From contig OZ316897.1 in the NCBI GenBank assembly GCA_973895155.1, forward strand, positions 19,168,168 through 19,232,167: a DNA stretch of 64,000 bases, written 5' to 3'. The notes beneath the pieces were generated by a model. The model was given only the letters and a program-made list of their open reading frames with translations. It searched no databases and had not been told where the DNA came from. The translations under genes and the position numbers were made by a program. The DNA comes from Marsupella aquatica (taxonomy: Eukaryota; Plantae; Marchantiophyta). Below, piece after piece: positions 25,290 through 38,670 of this stretch (the first letter of the stretch is position 1; each line of letters opens with the position of its first letter).

Positions 25290-26429
25290 ACATTACAAGG
25301 CATCAACCCCTAAACTTCTTCTTTTCTTTGCACTTGTTTGGCAGGGCGAATTGGACAACAATGCAAGTGTCACTGTGTTTGACAACCTGGGTTTCTTTGT
25401 CGTCATTGGCAAGGGCTTCACTAACCAATACTTTGTGTTGGTTAGACACTGAGGCCGTGGGCTGACATGACACATCCTTGGTGGCAGGTGGACGTGCTGA
25501 AGCTCAACACTGGAGTCATACCTTCTAGCAAACAGACAATGGAGGACTTGGACCATTTGTAGTGGCAGGTGGTGCTGGCAGAGCCAGCACTGGGACTAGA
25601 GTGGAATCTAACATGACTATAGCAAGCTGTTGGTGACCATCCCACATAGATTGCCTTTTTTTGCAGCCCGAGAACAAGTGAAATGAGTCACTTTAACTTG
25701 TATGAAAAAAACCAATTGTAATTATCATGTAAAGCATAAAGTAAAATAAATAACGTTTCAAAGAAAAATGAAGAAAAAATGGTAAGTACATGGGCAGGTT
25801 TTTTGTCCGCGGGCTCATTCAGTCCTGACACTTGTAGTTTGAATAGTGCAATCATATGCCAAACTTAGTGAAACCATTACTTGCACTGTACCTTGTTCTT
25901 CATACAATTTATATGATGGAAACATTTGAGAAGTCACCAGTGGCGAGGTAACTCTACATTTGGCAATGATGCAAAGTTATTGACCGCCTAGGATTTCATC
26001 CAACTTGGCATATATATAGTTGTAACATTGGCATACAAGCCCGCATGGAAGTGAAACTGGGATGCCAGCAAGCCGGCATACAAGCAGAATAAAATTCCAT
26101 TGAAACAAAGCAATAGTGAATGAGTTGACAAGTAGGCTGATTGGTGACTGCGTTTGCTTTGCAGGTGGTGTTTGCGGGGGTGTTTGCCGCATTCTGGGGT
26201 GCGGGTGAAGAGTCTACACTTGCAAACAAGGTTGGAACCACGTTGAATTGAGGTTGTGGGGGAGGAATTGTACTTATAGGGTGCGGTGAGTGTGCCCATT
26301 GCAATCCTTGCCGTGCAGGCCTCCCATGGGTTCAAGTTTGTGTCCATAAGCGAGACTGCGACAACATGTTGTTTGATGCAACGATGTCCAACTCACTGAC
26401 AGACAGAATTTTGCAATTGATTCAAAACA

Positions 26430-26940
26430 CCACATTGCAGAGCTTGGCATGCTTCACCGAATCATAGATGGTCTGGAACTGATCAACTGGCTCCATACAG
26501 GCTAATGCACTGGTAGAGATTGAGTCCCACTAACTCTCTGGCGGCATCCCAAATGGCAGCTTGCAGTGCAAGCTTGCCATAATTTGGATGCAAACTACCA
26601 TCCGTAAACAACACCTCAAACCAAAAGAATTCAGTGTACTGCCATTCTGTATGGCATCATGCTTGCAATGCTTGTCTCTGGGACCTTCGATTGAAATTTT
26701 ACACATACCTTGCTGAATGACCTCTGTACAGTCCCGATCGATAGACAAATTTCTTCCGGAAAGGATTGGAGGCGATGAAATTTACTGTCACTACACTACA
26801 AGGTCCCAAAAAATCCATTTCCTCTTTCATCACAACACCTTGTACATCGAAGAGGGTTGTGGTCGACATATGTCTTACCGTCTACAAATATTGTGGTGCT
26901 GCACTCCTATGAGATGGACAGGCAAGAAAGTAGACTGTCT
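26430..26940 (-). pseudogene. Decayed RPA1 C-terminal OB-fold/zinc-ribbon-like fragment, possibly Helitron-type cargo
   Basis: Manual minus-strand translation across frameshifts gives VYFLACPSH...PLRCTRC and FWFEVLFTDGSL...LQAAIWDAARELVGL, resembling the Y-AC..C and D-tG...F...AE-LLG pattern of RPA70 DBD-C. Confidence 0.4.
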
Positions 26941-27619
26941 GCAACAACAACAAAAGAACTGCGTAAGCTTGCATACAGAAGATGACACTGATTATATTAG
27001 CTTTAAGTGTAATGAACGCAATACCTAAACTTTACTTTTGACTACTAAGAATGAATAGAAAAGGGTCTAAAGGACACACTCTCTGGATATGCTTCACTGT
27101 GGAATGTCAGCGTTCAGCGTAAGGAATGTTGAGTTTGCAGAGTAGGTCGTGGAAACTCCATTAGGCAGGAATGGAATGTGTGAGGACATTGACATGGGTA
27201 TTGAGTAGCAAATGGGATCATGTGCACAGGCCCAGACGCAAACTTCCAAAACTGTAAGTATGATCCATCAAGTTTACTCATCCCTGATACGGGTACGAGC
27301 GGGGTATTGATGATGACCTGAGAGGCTGAATTGAGGAGGCTGCTTTGCCAGTCGGGCCGCAATGGGCCCGCGATGGATCGCGCGGAGTTAGGGGCTGGAC
27401 AATAGGGGCAGCCCGGCGTTACCCTCAGGGACAGGGCTTTTGGGGCAATGGTCCACAAGGGACGGTGAAACTGCCCGATACACTATTTACACATGAAGAC
27501 TAGGTGTTCCAATCTAACTGCCAATGCATTAATGTGCATGGATATTGCCAATCGCGCATTCTCACTTCATTGACTAAATGAATACAATGGAAATGTGGGG
27601 CAGTAATGCCGACAACAGG

Positions 27620-27945
27620 TGGGATGGTTGGATGATTTGTTTTACCAATTAGGGCTCATTTGATGTGCGTCCCTGAATTCACGCTGGTGTGCAAGGCTGG
27701 GTGTAAGGGCTACCTGTATGGGCACGGATGATGGTTGCAGGAGTTTGTTGACCAATGAATTAGGGCTCATTTGATGTGCGTCCCTGAATTCACTCTGGTG
27801 TGCAAGGCTTGGTGTAAGGGGCCACCTGTATGCACAGGGAAGGATGGTTGGATGACTGTTTTTTACCAGTCAGGGCTCATTTGCGTCCCTGAATTCCCGC
27901 TGGCGTATGAGGCTTGGTGTAAGGGCGACCTGTACGGGCACGGAT
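27620..27945. repeat. Three tandem ~110-bp repeats upstream of the H+-ATPase
   Basis: AGGGCTCATTTG(ATGTG)CGTCCCTGAATTC...GGTGTAAGGG occurs three times. Confidence 0.85.
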
Positions 27946-28259
27946 TGATCACATTTTGGCTCTGCTTAAGAATTTACATAAATAATTTAGTTGGCTACTC
28001 AATATGCTGCTCTCGCACCTTACACCATCTTCACATTGTGGACCATCTTCTGAACTGGTGTAAGAGCAGCTGACTAAGTAACAACCAACAATGGTCTGAC
28101 ACAGATCGATGGCAAGAACTAATGCCATTGTTTTCTATGGCATTACGTACGTTTCTAGTGAAAGTTGTCTTGGAACTGACGGAGGACACATGGTCAAGAG
28201 CGGCCTACGCTTTGAGAGGAACTGACCACGAACATTGCCTCTGAAAGCACCCAATGAAC

Positions 28260-28268
28260 TTATATAAG
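28260..28268 (+). promoter_or_regulatory. Candidate TATA box of the H+-ATPase gene
   Basis: TTATATAAG followed by a pyrimidine-rich CTCTCTCACTCA initiator-like tract, about 400 bp before the ATG. Confidence 0.45.
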
Positions 28269-28666
28269 CCCAGCTTCCGCTGCTCTCTCACTCATCGAGA
28301 GCAATTCATTTGCTGTTCTCAGAGCAGTCACAGGAGACGGTGCTGCAGTCTTGAGAGATGGGAGAGCTTGCTAATTTAGACTCGCGAGTTTTTCATTTCA
28401 TTTACTGTTGTCGGAGTTTTCACTGGAGAAGGTTCGTGCTCGGTGTTCATGCCTTGCTGCAGTCTTGAGAGGCCGGTGGGAGAGCTAGCTAATTAGACTT
28501 GCGAGTTATCATTTGCTGTTGTCGGAGACGTTTGTACGTCGGATCGGAGCAGTCACAGGGCCGGAGAAGGTTCCTGCTCGGGGTTCATGCCTTGCTGCAG
28601 TCTATCTTGAGAGGTGGGAGCACTACCGTAACTAATTTAGACTTGCGAGTTTCTGGCCTGACGCAG

Positions 28667-31373
28667 ATGGGGGAGATAAGTTTGGAAGACATGGGGACTG
28701 AGACGATGGACCTGGAGCAGGTCCCGATGGAGGAAGTGTTTGTGAAGCTGAGATGCACCAAGCAAGGTCTCTCCACCCACGAAGGAGAGGCTCGACTGCA
28801 GACGTTCGGCCCTAACAAGCTCAAGGAGATTAAGGAGAGTAAAATTCGGAAGTTCCTTGGGTTCATGTGGAATCCTTTGTCTTGGGTGATGGAGGCTGCT
28901 GCAATTATGGCCCTTGTCCTCGCGAATGGCGGGGGAAAGCCGCCCGATTGGGAGAATTTTATCGGTATTATCTCGCTGCTGGTCATCAACTCCACCATCA
29001 GCTTCTATGAGGAGAATAATGCAGGTAATGCTGCGGCAGCTTTAATGGCTCGATTGGCTCCAAAGGCTAAGGTGTTGAGAGATGGGAAGTGGGACGAGCA
29101 CGATGCTTCCATTCTGGTTCCAGGGGATATCATTAGCATCAAGTTAGGGGACATCGTCCCTGCTGATGCTCGACTTCTGGATGGAGACGCTCTTAAAATC
29201 GACCAGTCCTCCCTAACTGGAGAGTCCCTTCCTGTCACCAAGAAACCCGGGGATGAGGTGTTCTTAGGATCAATCTGCAAGCAAGGAGAGATAGAGGCTG
29301 TCGTCATTGCCACAGGCGTGCACACCTTCTTCGGCAAGGCTGCCTACCTTGTTGACAGCACTAAATCTGTGGGGCATTTCCAAACAGTTCTGAGAACAAT
29401 AGGCAATTTCTGCCTGTGCACAATTGGCATAGGTCTGGTTGTGGAAATTATTGTGATGTATGCCATCCAGCACAGAACTTACCGCGATGGGATTAACAAC
29501 CTTTTGGTTTTGCTTATTGGTGGGATCCCTATTGCCATGCCGACTGTGCTTTCTGTCACGATGGCTATTGGCTCCCACAAGTTGTCCAAACAAGGTGCAA
29601 TCACGAAGCGCATGACGGCTATTGAGGAGATGGCAGGTATGGACGTGCTTTGTAGTGATAAGACAGGGACTTTGACCCTCAACAAGCTGTCCGTAGACAA
29701 GAATCTCGTGGAAATTTTCGCTGCAGGTGTGGATAGGGATTTCGTCATCTTGTCTGCAGCCAGAGCAGCCAGGACTGAAAATCAGGATGCTATCGACACG
29801 GCTATAGTCGGGATGCTGGGAGATCCTGCAGAGGCTCGTGCGGGGATCCAGGAAGTTCACTTCCTGCCCTTCAACCCGGCCGGTGGACAAGAGGACAGCC
29901 ATCACTTTCATCGATTCGGACGGGGCCTGGCATAGGGCCAGCAAGGGAGCTCCGGAGGAAATTCTTGATTTGGTCCACAACAAGTCTGAAATCGCAGCCC
30001 GAGTGCACCAAGTCATCGATAATTTTGCTGAGCGTGGCCTCCGCTCTCTCGCAGTTGCGAGACAGTCTGTGCCGGAGAAACACAAAGAAAGCACGGGAGG
30101 GCCTTGGGAGTTTCTCGGGTTATTACCTCTTTTTGACCCCCCTCGCCATGACAGTGCTGATACCATTAGGGAGGCTCTCAAGCTAGGGGTCAGTGTGAAG
30201 ATGATCACAGGTGATCAGCTAGCTATTGCCAAGGAAACAGGGCGAAGACTTGGCATGGGTTCCAACATGGACCCGTCTGCTAGCTTATTCGGGAAGAGCA
30301 AGGAGGAATCCACGGCAGGAGTTGACATAGATGAACTCATCTTCAAAGCTGATGGATTTGCAGGAGTGTTCCCTGAGCACAAGTATGAAATCGTGAAAAG
30401 ATTGCAAGAGCAGAAGCACATTTGCGGTATGACTGGAGATGGTGTGAACGACGCCCCGGCATTGAAGAAGGCCGATGTCGGAATCGCTGTGTCTGATGCA
30501 ACCGATGCCGCCCGTAGCGCTTCCGACATTGTGCTGACTGAGCCTGGTCTTAGCGTAATAATTCATGCTGTTCTCACTAGTAGGGCGATATTCCAGAGGA
30601 TGAAGAACTACACCATCTACGCTGTCTCCATCACAGTTAGGATAGTGCTCACCTTTCTGCTTCTGGTTTTGATCTGGAAATTCGACTTCTCTCCATTTAT
30701 GGTTCTGATCATTGCCATCCTCAACGACGGTACCATCATGACTATCGCAAAGGACAGAGTCATTCCATCCCTCTTACCGGACAGTTGGAAGCTGAAGGAA
30801 ATTTTCTCCATCGGTCTGGTGATTGGCGCTTACTTGTGCTTGGTTCCGGTGATGTTCTTCTGGGCTATCACCAAAACCGACTTCTTCTCGAACACTTTCC
30901 ACGTGACGTCAATCAGCGGGAGCAAAGGTCAGCTCATGTCAGCAATGTATTTGCAAATGAGTATCAGTGGCCAAGCTCTGATCTTTGTGACTCGGTCACG
31001 AGGCTTCTCTTACTTCGATCGCCCAGGGGGGCTCCTAGTGACCGCCTTCTTTGTTGCACAAATAGTGGCCACCCTTGTGGCTGTCTATGCCAACTGGGCA
31101 TTTGCTGGCATCAGCGGAGTGGGCTGGGGGTGGGCTGGGGTCATCTGGTTGTTCAGCATCGTCACTTACATCCCTCTGGACTTCATCAAGATAGCCTTCT
31201 ACTACATTATGAGTGGACGCGCTTGGAATCTGATTCTCGATAGGAAGACTGCGTTCAAGGTTCCTACCGAGGGGAGGGACGCACAATGGGCACATGCTCA
31301 ACGAACGATGGCGGGAGAAGAGGACGGTGCGCAACACCAATTTACCTTTCCATTTTTGCAACGGATCCACTAG
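28667..31373 (+). pseudogene. P3A-type plasma-membrane H+-ATPase, no introns in the CDS, non-pT type, one +4 frameshift
   Basis: Motifs [51 protein letters not shown] and ILNDGT. FNP|VDKRTA is broken by CCGGCCGG at 29876-29883. Ends FLQRIH* with no YTV. Confidence 0.9.
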
Positions 31374-33314
31374 TTCAAAAAGATCACTCATGTACGTATC
31401 TCAAGCTATAGGTAGGTGAATGCTTATAAGCTATTGATTGCCGGGTACAGCTTCGTAATCTCCTTGGAACTGGGAGTATGACAAGGAGACCGTTTCATTT
31501 AACATACAAAATTGCTACAAATTAATTACCGTACGTAGCAAGATCGACACGGCCAGAAGATCAGCTACATGTGTTAGTGAAAGGAAAACTATATTTTTCG
31601 CATCACATACAATACCAAAGGATCCACGAATACAGCGAGCACAGCTTTATTACTTGAAGCTGAAAGAGGTCAATCTATAAAGATAGAGGTTTCTGTCATA
31701 CACCGGGTCATACCTTGGGTCTATGCTATCAAGATTAATTAATTTACTGTGGGATAGGTTTACTGCGTGTTAATCGATGTCCTGTGGTAGTTGATTAGTG
31801 CGAGGAAGTTACAGGTAGCTAGCACGTAGCTCCCAAAGAGTCCACGGATACACCCAGAGTGTATATTTATGAATTTCTGCTGTATTTTCAAAAGAGAATA
31901 TGATCAGGAGTATCAAACGAGGTAAAGTGCACACGGAAGTAAGTGAAGAGAATACACGTGAAGAACTCAATGCTGTGAGAATTGGAGACAGAATAGTAAA
32001 CATCGAATCCATGAGTTCCAGTGAATAAGCTTCGAGTCCTCTATTGAATATTGAACTCTGAGTTCCCCGAGAATCAAACCAGACATAAGTACATCAACCA
32101 AGAGCATTGCTTGCCCGAGGAGAAAGCTAGTTTGAATTCTTAACAGGATAAACATGAGGATCGAGCATCCACTAGACAGGAACGGGGAGAGCAGAGCACA
32201 ACAAGTGTTGAGTCCCCGCTGTCAAAACACCCCGCGTCCTTTTACATGTAAGGACAGTAAGCGGTGCAGGAAAAATCACGAAACCACAGAAAGAACGTCG
32301 AGACAAAGAACAGTAAAGGGAGAAAACCCCTTTCACATAGAATCACTCAACTCCAATTACCCCTAGCTAGGCTGTCCAAGGGATGCCTTGATCGAATCTC
32401 ATAACCTGAGTCAGGCCGGCAGGGGCTTAGGGCTGACAACCCTGAACAAAACCAAACCAAATAAATGAGGGTTTATGGAAAAGGACATCGTTGGCTAGGG
32501 TTATAACCGGTGTTTAACTCGATCAGTCCCAATTCTGTCAACAAATTAGCACTTGGATTTTGTATCCAGCTTTGGATTTCCTGTGTTATCTCCTTGCCGT
32601 TCTCTGTGGCAAGGCAATCATGTTATTCAATATCCATGCCAAACTAGCAATTAATGTATTTATTGGTTAATGCAATATCTTCCAAGCACCAATACATGTT
32701 TTCCAGTGTTTCTGCATTACCAATCAGGAAGAGAGGGTAATAAGGAAACACCTGAGCTTCTCGATCGTTCATGCCTTACCGACATTGTGACTCCTGTTTT
32801 TCCTTCAGCTCGATCCGACTGGTTTGGCTCCACCGTGAGGAAGTGTATAAAAATTAAGAGGCAATCTAGGTGAGAAATGTAGATGTTAAACAATTGCTTC
32901 ACGGCACCATTCTGAATTAAATAAAATTTAATGCATGATCTCAATTAGGATAGTCATCATTAATGGATCAAATGATGTATATTTTAATTAAGATCCATGG
33001 ACTTACTTCTGATGACTACTATATATATACCGTGGCCTGTACGTTTAAAATTAACATAATGCCCTATCTGTGGCGATATATATCTTCCATGTAAACTCTT
33101 GTTTTTTTTACCACATACACCTCGATCACCAGTCTTCTGAAACCACTGCAGACTACAGTTATTTAGAACAGTACGTGATGTGTCTTGTGCTTTGGAAGCT
33201 ATTAATTAGTCATCACTCTCTCTTCTAGCTTCCTTTGAATTACCAAATAAAAGACGTCAATACCACTGAATATCCCAAACATGTACATGGGGCATGCCAG
33301 CTGCTTTAAGGATA

Positions 33315-33400
33315 CTCTACTCTACTCTACTCTACTCTACTAGATAGTAAGCTAGCTGAATAATCAGATCTCATAATTAATTAATTAATTAATTAATTAA
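33315..33400. repeat. Microsatellites (CTACT)n and (TAAT)n
   Basis: About five CTACT units at 33315-33341 and about six TAAT units at 33374-33400. Confidence 0.9.
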
Positions 33401-33863
33401 GGCTAATCAAAAATTAAATTATAGTCTGTATGTGACCTAGCTAGATACACTTACTAAATTCCAAAATATAGCAGACTATTTATCAGATCAGGTAATATAT
33501 ATCAGATCAATCTGTGCAATCTTTAGTATTGAGTCAACAGTCAAATTAACACTTAAGATAGCTGAGTTAATATATTCATCATTCTCTTTACTTTTGTGCT
33601 TGTCCTCTCACAGTTCATTAGATCCCACTCGTTGTATTTTGCCGTGCATTCCCCTTTACGGACAGAATAAAACCTAGTGGTATATCTAAAAGGAGCGCTG
33701 CTTTATTCTAGGTTCTTGGTTGGATGAGATCGAAGGTACACATGCTCGAGCTTCTCTTCAAATGATATTCATCTGGGCTCCTGCTTGCTCGTAGCTTTCT
33801 GTGCATGGAAAGATACATGGGAGGGACCACCGGAGGAGAGTTGGATTCAGATTTTAATTTAAG

Positions 33864-33895
<32 letters not shown>

Positions 33896-33899
33896 CATA
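33864..33899. repeat. (TA)n microsatellite
   Basis: Interrupted TA run seen directly. Confidence 0.9.
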
Positions 33900-36800
33900 C
33901 TGGCGTGATCGACTTGGGGTGAAATATAATATATCCTCCTCTTCGATCCTCACAGTACGTACGTGGACTGTCTGTCGATCGAGAAGGTTTTGCACTCTCT
34001 TGATGTTTTAATCTTTCCATCTCTTTCCCGAGGGAATTTATATCCTTTGTGAGTGTCTCTCCGTGAAGCTTACTTTAAGCTAGAATATTTATATATTTAT
34101 ATATTTATGAAACTTCTCCACATTCAAATACTCACTGATACAAACCTAAAATCGCATGCCATGCCAGACAGAGGTCTATGGAGCTTTCGTTGTCAGTTCG
34201 ATCTCCCACATTCTGCAAACACTGGAAATAATATCTTCACATCTCACATTCTGAGGTTTGATTTAGAATCTCTCCAAATTAAGGAGTACGTACGTACGTT
34301 TACCGAACTCGCGCGGGAGATCTGGTCTTTTGTTCTGCGATCAATGTTATTAATTACATATATCTGTGTTTACCACGAACCGTCACTGGAAGCATTACCA
34401 TATTGAGGTTATTGACGTATACCACAAGTGCACACTACCATTACCTTTATATCGCATCGATGCATGCGTACCTTAATTACAGATAGAACTCTGATAGGTG
34501 TATACACAAAGTCCCTATGCACAAAAATCATTTTGAGCAAGGAGTACTCCTTTCCTTTATTTCAACTGGAGTCCTATTTACAGCTTGCCATTAATTTCAC
34601 TGAACACGGGCGACCTAAGGATGGCAATGACCTGAACTGAGACTTTCTTCAATATACGCGATTAGTTCTAACAAGCTTTCCAGATATAAGCTCAATATAT
34701 CAATTAACTGGGGATGGCTGAATGATCGTCCACTTGCATTGGAGGAGTCAGTGTGACTAGAAGGCACTAGCTAGCAGCTGATCAGAAACAGAGTTGCAGA
34801 CAGCAACTGACAAACGTTCGAGAACATCTGACTCACCTAGCTACGATCTAACTAACGGTCAATAGTCTGGTTTAGTTAGAGCGATAGTCACTCGTCAATT
34901 ACACAGCTAGATCTGATCACATGGCGCACATCACTTATCGATCAATCTCGTTGAGTGGCCGGTCAATCACCTATTTTTCTCACACTGTGCAAAGGTCAGT
35001 TTATTTTTCTCCCAATAAGCCGCAAGGAGAGGTTTCAACACAGATGGAACGTTATCCTAGAATAAATCAACCAAATTAATGGTTCTACTTCCCAATTGAA
35101 GCAATCAAGCAGCAGGACGAAAAATCTGCACTGAAAAATCGTTTTATCTAGTTTTGTAGGTGTATGAGAAAGGAAGTATCCAGACTATGAGTCGAATAGT
35201 AAGGACCGGGCTCTGGATGAAGGGATACAGGAGAGGGCTATTTAGAATTCCTTTTGGTGAATTTCATATTTGAATAACTTAGGTGTGTTGTAAATCGTCT
35301 GACGATATATGGTGTCCCACAGTGGCCAAACTTAGTATAGACTTATCCATCTGGCCTCCCAAGAGCTACGTACTCTAATATAAAGAAACCGCCATGCTTG
35401 CCAGAATTGATATGTGATGTGAAGGTCGAGCTACGTCTTCGTCGTTGTTCGGCGCCATGATTGTTCAATTCCTCCATGGTACTCTACGGTATCGAAGCTT
35501 TCAAGTAGATCACTCGGCTTAGTGAGATCTATACAATACTTGACCTTCTCTCAATTCTAAAGAAGACACTCACACAATCATCCCTCTTCCCTTTCGACTC
35601 ATGATCAAGTTGCAGCTTATTGTTTTTGAGTTTAGTCCATCCCAACGACAAGCCATTTCTCAGAATTCACTTGGGGTACGTACTGGGTTTGGCAGGTTTG
35701 TATGCTGAACGAGAGTCATACTTATGCAGAACAAGCATCTCTGCGGACAAATCTTTCGATCAGGACCTCTTCGGTCTGGCTGTCTACTAGCTACCTGCAC
35801 TGGCTGCATGCCATACTCTGTCAATCCCCGGCCGGCTATCAGCTCAGCCGGATGGATGATGTAAGCTGGGCAATGGCAGAGCGATGGGTACGTATACTAC
35901 CGGTCAGTGTTATAGACTTGTTTAGTACTAGCTGGGGTTTCTCAGTGCGAAATCCGAAAATTCATGAGGCAGTTGGTTGTTAATTTCGGTCCTTCTCATG
36001 GAAGGCCCTCTCTGGATTTTCTTCGGAAATTGAATTGGTGAAGACATTCAATCTGAATCCTTCGTAGCGACCATCTCCAGAATTACCTGAGTGAGGGATT
36101 GGGGTCACAACTCACTTGCATTGGAGGAGTCCCTCCCATGTACGATCTCCACGCTGCTATCACTGCACTGGAGAGCAGTTAATGAACTTAAGGGCGGTTT
36201 GTACCTGTTCTTTGGCAGATTCGAAATCTTTTCAACTTCAATCGGCTTTCCCACTACAAAGTATATATATTCGATGGGAGATTGGACTAGGACTCCTGCA
36301 CGTCACATGACCATCCAAATGTCAACTATCTATAAGTATAGGCGCGCATGACCACGCAGAACGTAAAAGCTTAGATTTTATACAGATTTTACGCAATCCT
36401 GATTCATAATTAGATGTTTTTTTTTGCCGATAAACATGACACATGAACCTTATAATAGAATATAGAATAGTACAGTAATATTAATAACTCTCCCGGAACA
36501 TTTGGGTACGATTCAAACTCTCTCTCTCTCTCGAAGCTCTCGGGCATTCAAAGTGATAAGATCGGAGAGTGGAAAATGTGTTCCATAATCATTCATATAT
36601 ATATTCTGCATCGATCCCGTCCGACTCAAAAACACACTTGGCCAAATCAAAACGAAAAGTGATGAGTAGATCTCCTGAGTTTCACGATAACATCATAAAA
36701 TCAGATCCGAGATGGAATTGTGACATTTATACACACCTATTCCCCAACAGAACATAGGAGTGAAGCCAATTGGTGCAGAACTACAGAAAACCAATTCCCT

Positions 36801-38670
36801 CTTGTCTAAATACGTAGTGGTAGACCTCACTCCGAGTGCACAAATTAAGTCAGAATCCATGGCTCCGGCAACGTAAATAGTAATACTAGAGGACAAACAT
36901 TCAAGGAAAAGCACGGTTTGTGGAGGTGGGAATCTGACAATAGAGGGGCAACATACGTGAGCAAAGCAAAAACAGGGTGCCACGTACTAGACTGGCGAAC
37001 CCGCTTCCATGGCAAGGCGTAGAAATCTGTCACTCTGAATATTTTCGTAGTTTAACAAAATCCAAGTCTTTTCTTCCAACTTCACTTCTATCACATGAAT
37101 CTCATACGGAAAAGGATCCTTCAATCACATCCACTTCAATCACATCCACCTCAGTGGCATCACCTCCTCTGAAGCGGAACTAGAGCTCATTGTCCTCCCG
37201 GACGGAAAAAGAGACTTCAATCACATCCAAACTCATTGGCATTTAAACTGGATTTGATTACGCGTGGCGCAACTGGAGCATCGAAGAAAACTGACGACGT
37301 GGCATTCGAAATTTCAAACTGAATGACACATTTCTCTGTGCTCTCTTTTTTATTTCTTCCGCCCTTTTTTAGTACTAAGGTTGGTTTGTTCAGGAGCTTT
37401 TTCCGTAAAAGGATTTAGTTCACTCTGTTGTACAATAAGTGATTGGTGGCCTGATGTTAAGTATATACTTATGATCACTTCAGACACATAGTTGAAACCT
37501 ATGTTTACTCGGTGATGTCATATTCTCCCCGAAAGTCCAAAAGTGAGTATTCTAGTGAGGACTCCAAGGATCACTTGCACTCACTGAGTAAGTAAACTCC
37601 TCTGATGGGCCTCCATTTAAAATAACAGATTCCATATTTTTTTTAATTTTCTTTTCAAATTTTGAGGGGAAATCTGTGGAGAATGGGATTTAGTATGGGA
37701 GTAGTCAGGGCACACCAAATGAACCCAAGACTTATCAGTCTAATTTTATTTTTCAAATTTTAAGGGCAAATCTGCGAAATACACAGAATGTGAAAAGTCG
37801 GTCATAACAGTTAGTGAGCTACCAAACACCCTTGCCATGTGCCAAGTTACGTTATTAACATTACCACTAAAGTAACCAGAATTCTTTATTACAATCTGGA
37901 TTACAATTACGACTTGAATAACCACATTACCTAGATCAACTAGAGTACAATTATACCTTGAATAACCACATTACCTAGACTAATCAGAGTTACTTTGCTT
38001 ACCAGGCGTGGTAATGTAGGTAGTCATTAAAGTAAACCTACCCTCCCTATACCTTTACATCTGGCAAGGAAGTTCTAAAACCTTGAGATAAGGCACTTTC
38101 ATGATTACGTCTTACCTTTCTTTGTTTCGCCCCCTTAAAAGGAGAGGGGAAAGGTTTACTGGAGTCTTTAATTAAATTCGTGAAAAAACAATAGAAGGGT
38201 ACGGTTAGGTTTTGAACAATGTTACCAGGTTTGTAGCTCAGAACTTCGAAGAGAATTAGATACACGTACCTCAAATATATTATAGCATTTCTATATATGA
38301 CACATCCATCAGACTACCTCCACAGCTTCACTTGCCAATGAATGAACTCTACAGTACGTCTCCGATGTGGGAGTCTCAACGAATCAATCAACACGCAGTT
38401 TCACCATCACCCAACTTGATTCTTGCGTATTATCGAAAAGTAAACATCTCAGTTGAGTTCAACTCCTTGTTTGTGCACATAGAAACACAGATAGGAGCAG
38501 ATCGATCATGCTAGAAAGTGAGCTGGATTTCAGCTCTAGATCCGAAGCGGGATCCGAAGCGAAGGGCGAAGGGGCACGGGGACAGATCCTTCGATCACTT
38601 TATTCGTAGTTCACAACTATAGCTGTCCGTTCCAAGGCAAAACTCGTTCGAGTTCCTGACGATCACGGCT

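Noticed and set aside
29860-29900. Programmed frameshift or tiny intron rescuing the ATPase
   Set aside because: No slippery heptamer, and the conserved residues on both sides leave no room for an intron; a simple 4-bp duplication explains it.
29270-30208. 312-aa antisense ORF and other overlapping ORFs in the ATPase, transposase, SET (11689-12339) and lectin genes
   Set aside because: Shadow frames opposite recognisable coding sequence, with no motifs of their own.
31790-32543. Possible solo LTR on the minus strand downstream of the ATPase
   Set aside because: LTR-like composition, but no TG..CA pair with a matching 4-6-bp TSD could be found.
32600-38600. Short ORFs of 60-117 aa in the AT-rich intergenic region
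   Set aside because: No recognisable motifs; several run through microsatellites.
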